A stretch of DNA of 64,000 nucleotides from Fimbriosthenelais zetlandica (Eukaryota): positions 45,818,001 to 45,882,000 of the forward strand of contig OZ365110.1 of NCBI GenBank assembly GCA_977030845.1, in the 5' to 3' direction. Numbering within the stretch: position 1 is the stretch's first letter; each line of letters opens with the position of its first letter. Positions 56,751-64,000 of the stretch are shown one piece after another. A program made the translations under genes and the position numbers. Below the pieces are notes generated by a model. That model was not told where the DNA came from. It worked only from the letters and a program-made list of their open reading frames with translations, and did no database searches.

Positions 56751-58759
56751 CTCCAGCCTAAGCACTGTTGTCAAGTACTGATAAACTGTAGAATTGATAA
56801 TAGATGTGAGATAGAACTACTCTGACATCTTTTATAAGTTTATCAACATCCCTCTTCATTCTAACACGTCCTTTATTGCCACCTGTGAGGCTCTCTTATC
56901 TTAGAAGAGATAAGGTGTTATAATAGGATGGCTATTGACAATATCAGGTCTATGTAGATCTATATAGGCTATAGCTCTAGGGGATGACTGTAACTGATCA
57001 TCTGGACATGATCTGTTTTTTTTGGTATACAAAAGAATCTTCGCATAACGGTCACAATGTCAATAACGAATATCATGCATAACTTCCTGTTATAACTCGC
57101 TCAGTCAGTGTACTGTCATTGTACAATGTCTTATTTAGAGCATTGTACAACGGTGCTTTAAGCAATGGTTGTAAAATGCCTGTATTAGTAAGGTGCTTTA
57201 ATGTATATAGACAATATGAGGTCTTTCACATGACGTCACAACTCGACGACGTAGGCTACGTCCAAACAAAATTCAATTCAAGTACATTCATTCTTGGTCA
57301 ATTGCAATCTGGGTAAGCCTGGCCAACCTTAGATCTAGCAAAATTACATGAATGATAAAGTGACTTTTCGACATAAACTGTGTTAAAATTCAGACTTGTT
57401 TTAGCCTGAAAAGGTCAGTTTTCAAACTGAGAACTTACTCTATTAGGTCGAGATGGCAATATATCGGATATCCCTGCCTTTAAATCATCAATCTCTTCAC
57501 CCAAACATCTGTATTAATGACTCATGGATTTGACAGTTGTTTAAATAGTAAAGCTTGATTAGATGGGATACTGTGAGCAGGCTACTGTGTGATGAAATGC
57601 TTGATTGGGTAGCTCAGTGTGTGGCAATTAATTTATAATGTGCCTTAATTGATGTAGGATTCCAGCCTCTGAAAGATTTATGCTTCACTGGAGCATTCAG
57701 TCAAGGTTGATAGTTGATGCGGGCACTTATTATATCAATGCAGAACTGAACTGAATCATGAAATTCATGATGATTGGCAGATATTGTATGTTCAAAACGT
57801 GGAGTGTAAATCATTTATCAATGCAGCCTTTAAAAAGATGAATAAACAAGATACTATCATGGTACATGCTTATATTAATATATACTTTCTTCCTTGAAAA
57901 ATATCTTATCTGTTGATTTTGACACCAAATGAATGATATTGCCATCACTTGACATGAAAAAACACAAATGAACATAATGCTTTGGGGTCAATCCTATCTC
58001 TATAGTTCAAGATGGCACATATTTTGTGTGTATAAATCCTATGTAAGATATGGATCAAGAGATCAAGACTACTGGTTCAGTAAGGAAAAGACACGCCAGA
58101 TATCTGTTTTATCTATGACCCATATTATATGATCAAAGTGGTTTAGGTGTTATCAGTGAACTGTCCTCTGATTAGCAGCTGTTGTTCTCCAAGGAAACAG
58201 CTGTTATTTTCAAATCTGATGAACCGTATTCCATTCTCACATTCACAATAAATGTGAATGGTGGGGGCTTGAAGTTTTTGAAGTAGTCAGGATTTTTCTC
58301 AATTTGTTTTATCCAGATAAAAAATAGTAAAAGTATTAAATGTTTGATTGATTTCGTAATATATACTAGTAATTAATTTTAGTTTTATTAATTGATAAAA
58401 TGATTAAAATAATGTGATGAAAATTGTCGGTTATATATATATATAGGCTTCAACCAACCCAGCATGGAAAATGTTTCCTCACCTTTTTTATTAATATATA
58501 ATGGAATTATGGTAGATTAAAATGCCTTAATTTTGGGATAAAATCGGTACTTAAGTTCGAGATAATAGTAAGGGCTCCCCCAAACAATAAAAATCTTTAA
58601 AATAATATAGTCTTATGGCATTATAATTATATTAGGGAAATTCAGGGAATTCTGACGTCATTTCAGAGTGTGGAGCTGGTATTTAATCTCATATTTTCTT
58701 ATTAATATCGCAAAACAATATTGTTGAGCTATTTTTGATGTTTAATGGTTTTCTTGCAG

Positions 58760-58885
58760 TAATTCTGACTGTGGTGAACTGTGTGGATGTGAAGTGGGCA
58801 ACACGTGTTCAAGACATCTTCACTTACGCCAAGCTTCTAGCTCTAGTACTCATCATAGTCACTGGAGGTGTGCAACTATTTAGAG
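58760..58885 (+). CDS. SLC7 transporter exon 2 (TM4-TM5); the only copy seen; gene continues beyond the window
   Basis: Acceptor ttttcttgcAG|, phase 1, encodes [42 protein letters not shown], donor AG|GTAAGC. It joins in frame to either exon 1A (..VCI-V-ILT) or exon 1B (..VCI-L-ILT). Confidence 0.92.
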
Positions 58886-59009
58886 GTAAGCCAAACATTG
58901 TATTTCTATCTCCCTGGAACCTGCTTAACGAGCAATGGAATCATTCAGACCTTCAAGTGCTCTTGTACATTCAATGCCAAACCAAAGTTGTTCAGGCAAT
59001 TGTTTAAAA

Positions 59010-59900
59010 GTCAATTAATCCGTCTAAGGAACTGAAATGCCTTAAGGTATTCACTAGCTTTGGAGGCACAGTGCCTTGATGAATTCCCCAGCAACGGAGG
59101 CGTAATGCCTTGAGAAATTCCCAAGTAATTGGAGGCATAATGCCTTGAGAAATTCCCAAGCAATTGGAGGCATAATGCCTTGTGGAATTCCCCAGCAACG
59201 GAGGCGTAATGCCTTGAGAAATTCCCAAGTAATTGGAGGCATAATGCCTTGAGAAATTCCCAAGTAATTGGAGGCATAATGCCTTGAGAAATTCCCAAGC
59301 CATTGGAGGCATAATGCCTTGTGGAATTCCCCAGCAATTGGAGGCATAATGCCTTGTGGAATTCCCCAGCAACTGGAGGCATAATGCCTTGAGAAATTCC
59401 CAAGCAATTGGAGGCATAATGCCTTGGGAAATTCCTCAGCAACTGGAGGCATACTGCCCTATAATTTCCCCAGCTAATAATGCGTTGAGGATTCTCAAGC
59501 TTCCAGAGGCACAATGTCTTAAGGCGTCTGTATATTTTTACTTAAGAAATAGAAAAACTTTGATTCCCAAGTGTAAGTCGCATGGCAAATTAAACTGTCG
59601 CAAGGATTGTATTCAGTTGGAAAAGTGCAAACTTTTGGGCAGACATCTTGATAGTAGAATCTCTAGAAAATGTCAAATGAGTTGGCAAGATACAGGAGCA
59701 ACATATGGACTTGAACATCTAAACATGAGATGATGTCTTGAGACTATGGTGAAGAGAAAGTCGCCTTGTGTGAATAATAGCATCATACGCTTAGTGAATC
59801 CATCAGTCTGCTGGAAAATCCCACACCATACATTGCCCCATGAGGTCACCCAGGACTTCCCAGAGGTCATATAGGGCAGTCCATGTACAACACATTAAGT
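59010..59900 (-). mobile_element. Decayed CR1-like LINE reverse-transcriptase fragment, interrupted by the minisatellite
   Basis: Minus-strand pieces in RT order: DIISCLDVQVHMLLLYLANSFD (cf. D...LD...VD...LDF.KAFD), W..KFF.FLSKNIQ, VPLEA*ESST, then GIPQG / GIHQGTVPP. Confidence 0.5.
59062..59475. repeat. 34-35-bp minisatellite, about 12 units
   Basis: Unit ggaggcataatgccttg(agaa/tgga)attccc(a/c)agcaatt with an internal dyad AGGCAT-A-ATGCCT; no unique spacers. Confidence 0.95.
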
Positions 59901-62085
59901 GCTTTTCGCATTAATTGAAACCCCGCACCATGTAATACGAGTTTTCCCCTTCTACACTAGACAAGCAATCTTTAAATCGGTCAAAGGGTTGGAATGAAAG
60001 GAAAACAAATCCTATAGCTGTAACGGTGTACCATTGTTTACCTTACATTTTAGTCAACTGGGAAACTTTTGATCCCGCTGTTAAAATGTAATTCTATTGT
60101 TATTGTGACATACACATTGGGACTATAAGGTTTCTGCTATACATTTTCATCAGAATATTCATGTTCTGAACTACTTGTATGGATTCTAAGGCTCCAGAGT
60201 AATTATATTTTTTCTTATCAACTTAATGGAATTTAGTTGCTATTGCGAGTCAAATGGCTTATGGCTGCTATAAGCTTTTGCTTATCCACTGTAGTTAGTT
60301 GTATTTACAAGTTATGGCTAGTATGCTTTCATTATCATTGTTTATCTGGATTTTAGGCCATTGAAAATTTTACAATTGACTTTATTGTTACTGAATATGA
60401 TAATCCGCTGCAGAAACCTGATATATTTGCTTTTGAAGTAATTGTGTCACTTGAGGTTGGTCCTAACTATATGAATTTAGTTGTATTTTTCCCCGCCAAC
60501 TCCCATCACTTATTATGGTTTCGACAGTGTTAACAATATCGCTTTCTGATGGCAGTGAAAATGCAGCTTCCAACAGCCCCTCTTATGGGGTAGCTCCACT
60601 GCCGTTCTTTTGCCGTGTTGCGATTTGTTGCGGCTAGGCTGACTTTTCTATGACCTCAACTGCCATATCTGCCACAACATTCTCAAATGGAGCACAGTAT
60701 AGGCAGTCCTCACAAGTAACTAACCCCTGCTAGTTACACTAATTTGCGGCAGTTCCAACAGAACCTGCAGTAGAGCTACCCTCCAAGTGTTAGATCATAT
60801 GACACAAATTTAATCAGAGGCAGGTCCTATCTGTCCACTGAGAATGTTAAGGTGAAAAAGCTTTGGAGGTGCAGTCATATATATTTTGGCCTAAGACTGA
60901 AAATGCTTCTAGGGCTTATAACTGATTTCCAATGAAGATAAAGTAAAATAAAGTAATCTAACCAATGAAATCTGAGCGTCAGAGTGAGGAAATATATACA
61001 TGCTGTGAGCGCAAACATAATTCCTCCCACATATAGTATGAGATCTCACGTTCCCTTTTTCATCTAATCAATCCCCCTATATATACGAACAGACAATCCA
61101 TGTGGATATGAAGTAATTTTTCCCAGTAGAAAATGAAGGATTGTAAGCTTGGCAACGCCTTTTTCCAAGTGAAGAACAGCATATTAATTGCTTCTACATA
61201 TTTAGAGCATATCCAAATCATTTAGTGAACTATAAATTGATAAGATTGCTTGGATGTGGACAAAAATTTTCCAATTAAGGAACATCACATTCCCTCCCAA
61301 TTTTCAAATATATATATATTTAATTTGTTACTGATTTTCTTTGAGTACTAATATTATTGCAGCAGGTCAGACTCAGTGCACGGTAGCTCATGTAATATTT
61401 GTTTGATGACCGCTGGGGGAAAACAATATTAAATATTCACATTATTTAGTTGGCCCGTCGACCCAGATAGTGGTCCATCATAGGTCAACCCTATAATGAA
61501 CCCAATAACGTCTGGCATCAACTATACAGGTGCAAATCTTCATCCTCTATATATTTATATCTGGCTTATTTTATTTTATTTTATTAAAAAAAATCTATAT
61601 TAATGACCTCATGCTTCATTAAAAAGAATCCAGGATCCAATATGCCAGAAATTACTTGTCTCTAAGTACAATGGAAGGATTCAAGTCTGATCTTCCCACG
61701 CTTTTAATTTAGTGGAAAAGAGCTTGAAAAATGTGTTTCCTTTGCTCCGATGCTGCCCCACATAGAAAAGTGGCAGTTAGCAGATTGCTCGCAGCTTGAA
61801 AGGCCCATGTTTAACACACGTTTCATTAAGCATCATTATAGACTTCCAGCCCCGATCAGGGCCCTGTCTTGTATCCAATCCCTTGGATCCATGGACTTAT
61901 TTGCTGTGCAAGTACTATTGCAGCCAGCCCCATTGCCAGCACTTCCTGCGGCAGTTGCAGCAGATTCCCTTCTTGCAACACTGATGGGGTAGCCACTGGG
62001 ATTCATTTGCCTTGCTAGTGTTAACCCTCGCAAGCCATCTCCACTACGGCAAGAAGACAGGGACTTCCTCCCAGGTGCTGCAAGG

Positions 62086-62280
62086 AAAAATCGCAACGAA
62101 AAATGTTTTCATTCCAGTGTAGATTCCCAATTAGTAAAAGTGTGAATCAAGTAAAAATCGCAACGAAAAAGGCTTAAATTCTGATAGTTTCCCAATTAGT
62201 AAAAGTATGAGTCGAATAAAAATCACAACGAAAAGGACTTAAATTCCAGTGTAGTTTCCCAATAAGTAAAGGTCTGAATG
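62086..62280. repeat. Three tandem copies of a 65-67-bp unit
   Basis: aaaaatc(g/a)caacgaaaa..ttcc.agtgtag.ttcccaat.agtaaa restarts at 62086, 62153 and 62218. Confidence 0.85.
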
Positions 62281-64000
62281 ACAGCTCAAACAGTGAGTCC
62301 ATCTATACAAGTATAAACCCTTAAAGGCAGTACCCAAAAGGATGCTGGGTTGCCTTTGAAACGGAGATAATTCCTTTCAATCACAAAGCATGACATTGGC
62401 CTTGGAAGCGTTGAATATGGATGAAAGTAAAAAAGAGTTCAATGTATTAACACCGGATGAAAGAAAAGCATTTCAGTAAGCACATGCACTTATCGATCCT
62501 TACCCTATGTTTTCCCCGATGGACACCTCCGATAAAATCAGCTCCCAAGCTTAGTGCTTACATGTGCCATCAGGGCAGGTTTCTTAACCAAGATGTGCAA
62601 CGTTGTCCAATGATAAGTCTATGGGCTAATGGGTAACATCTTTCTTCTGAACAAGATCCCTGTTTTTCGGCTTCCCAGACTACTTTCCCATTGGACTAAT
62701 GGTGCCACTTTAGTTCCCTACTCTGCAAGTGGATCTCATAGGATGTTTCAAAGACACTTGCATAGTGCATTCATTACAAGAAGCCCTCTTGGATTGAGAT
62801 TTTAAGGCGATCTCAAATTATAGCCATAGTTCGTTCTGCATGCATCTCATCATGAACAGTGGGAGACATGCCTCGCCTTGGGTATCCCAGTTAGCAGCAC
62901 TGGGTAACTTGCCTGATTATGCAAGGCCCCCTTATAAAACAGGGTTGCTGGAAATTTTTTTTTTCTGAAACACGCCCCTTGTTTTCTTTCACAGTGAACA
63001 TTGAATGCTTGTCCTCTGTGTATAATAGACTCTGCTCAGCCTTGCCTGACTTACTTGTCTTCCAATCAGAGACTCATCAATAACTTAGTGTTTCCCTTTA
63101 TTGCGCCGTAGACATGATCTCTTACCGAGACCCCAGGGCTGAGCAGAGGATAAAACGAGAGTGTGGCTGCTATTTTTAACCAGCGATTTATTGAAGACGC
63201 AAGTGATCGCAAGATAATTCGTATTCCATTAAAGGTGAAAACACAAGAATCATAAACAAAAAACTTGAATTGTTTATCCTGAGATACATTTGGTGACAAA
63301 ATATAGAATGTTTAGCAAGTTATTTCAAGAAAGCGTAGATCTGGGGATCAATGACGTCACTCAAACTGCCGTTGGTGCCCTCTGATGAATATAGGACTAA
63401 TCCTCTATTGGCGTTAATGGAGAGACAGAGGGTTTTCCCTTTTAACTACCCATAAAAATTAATACTCATTTCAAAATAATATTTTATATAATTCAAGCCT
63501 TTATATAAAGGCTTGTATACTGAATCAGTATACTGAATCCAGCTCATAATGATGAATAATTACAATGATACTTTATATTATTGTAAAATATTTTAGAGAT
63601 ACATTATGATATATTATGGGTTTTTAACTGAGAATTGCCGAGTCCATAAATTATTATCACTTCAGACCTCAAATACCTCAAAATACCTCCCGCATGAACC
63701 TTAAAATAACATAAATCTTCTAAACACTACATGAAGTTTTATACAGTCTGTGGGTTGTGTGGATATTATTGTCATTTCATATAATAAAGATCTTAATCAT
63801 ATTTCTCATATGTCTCGGAGGATATATGTTCCCTGATGACAAGTCTTTGAAAATATACACCAAGTATGCGGGATATTTGGCTGCATTATCCACATAGTTG
63901 GCAGGATAATAGTTGATTATTACATAGAGTCACTAAGCCAAAGTCAAAGCCTCTTGTGACGCATTTTCACTGTATGAATTATGAATGGCATTACGGACCA

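Noticed and set aside
59062-59475. CRISPR-like regular 35-bp repeats with a dyad, and the 125-167-aa ORFs over them
   Set aside because: No unique spacers and a eukaryotic intron context; the ORFs are by-products of the minisatellite.
61750-62096. ORFs of 62-86 aa; a mixed-frame Cys cluster (CCKKGICCNCRRK..GCNSTC) resembling a transposase CXC tail
   Set aside because: Requires frameshifts, no SLC7 exon-3 motif, and no supporting upstream domain.
58886-64000. Search for SLC7 exon 3 (LAFYSGLF.Y.GWN motif)
   Set aside because: Not found; the one GGTTGGAAT hit near 59987 continues out of motif, so the exon presumably lies beyond the window.

Overview
AT-rich, intron-containing DNA from an animal, probably a marine invertebrate (lophotrochozoan-like; this is an inference). 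Genes were reconstructed by hand from GT-AG phase-compatible exons, left to right: (1) the 5' part of an M17 leucyl-aminopeptidase gene (-), head-to-head across only 166 bp with (2) an intronless 437-aa Gly/Gln/Asn/His-rich ORF (+); (3) an orphan SAP-domain first exon (-); (4) a single-coding-exon 439-aa orphan ORF (+); (5) a divergent FoxQ2-like forkhead gene (-); (6) a WBP1/WBP1L-like gene (+); (7) a Cut8/STS1-like gene (+); (8) the 5' part of a LAT1/LAT2-type (SLC7) amino-acid transporter locus (+). The standout is the SLC7 locus. It has two intact, about 82%-identical copies of the large first coding exon (N-tail plus TM1-TM3), about 10 kb apart, each with its own promoter-like region. Both are phase-compatible with a single exon 2, which suggests a UGT1A/protocadherin-like variable-first-exon/constant-region design. 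Three perfect ATF4-type amino-acid-response elements surround only the second copy. The window also holds MITEs (including a young TTAA-flanked Kolobok-like foldback), SINE and LINE relics, a minisatellite that appears to derive from the QG motif of a LINE reverse transcriptase, and strong enrichment of the palindromes TAGGCCTA and TACATGTA. No rRNA, tRNA or CRISPR was recognised. All family assignments rest on motif recognition by eye, not database searches.
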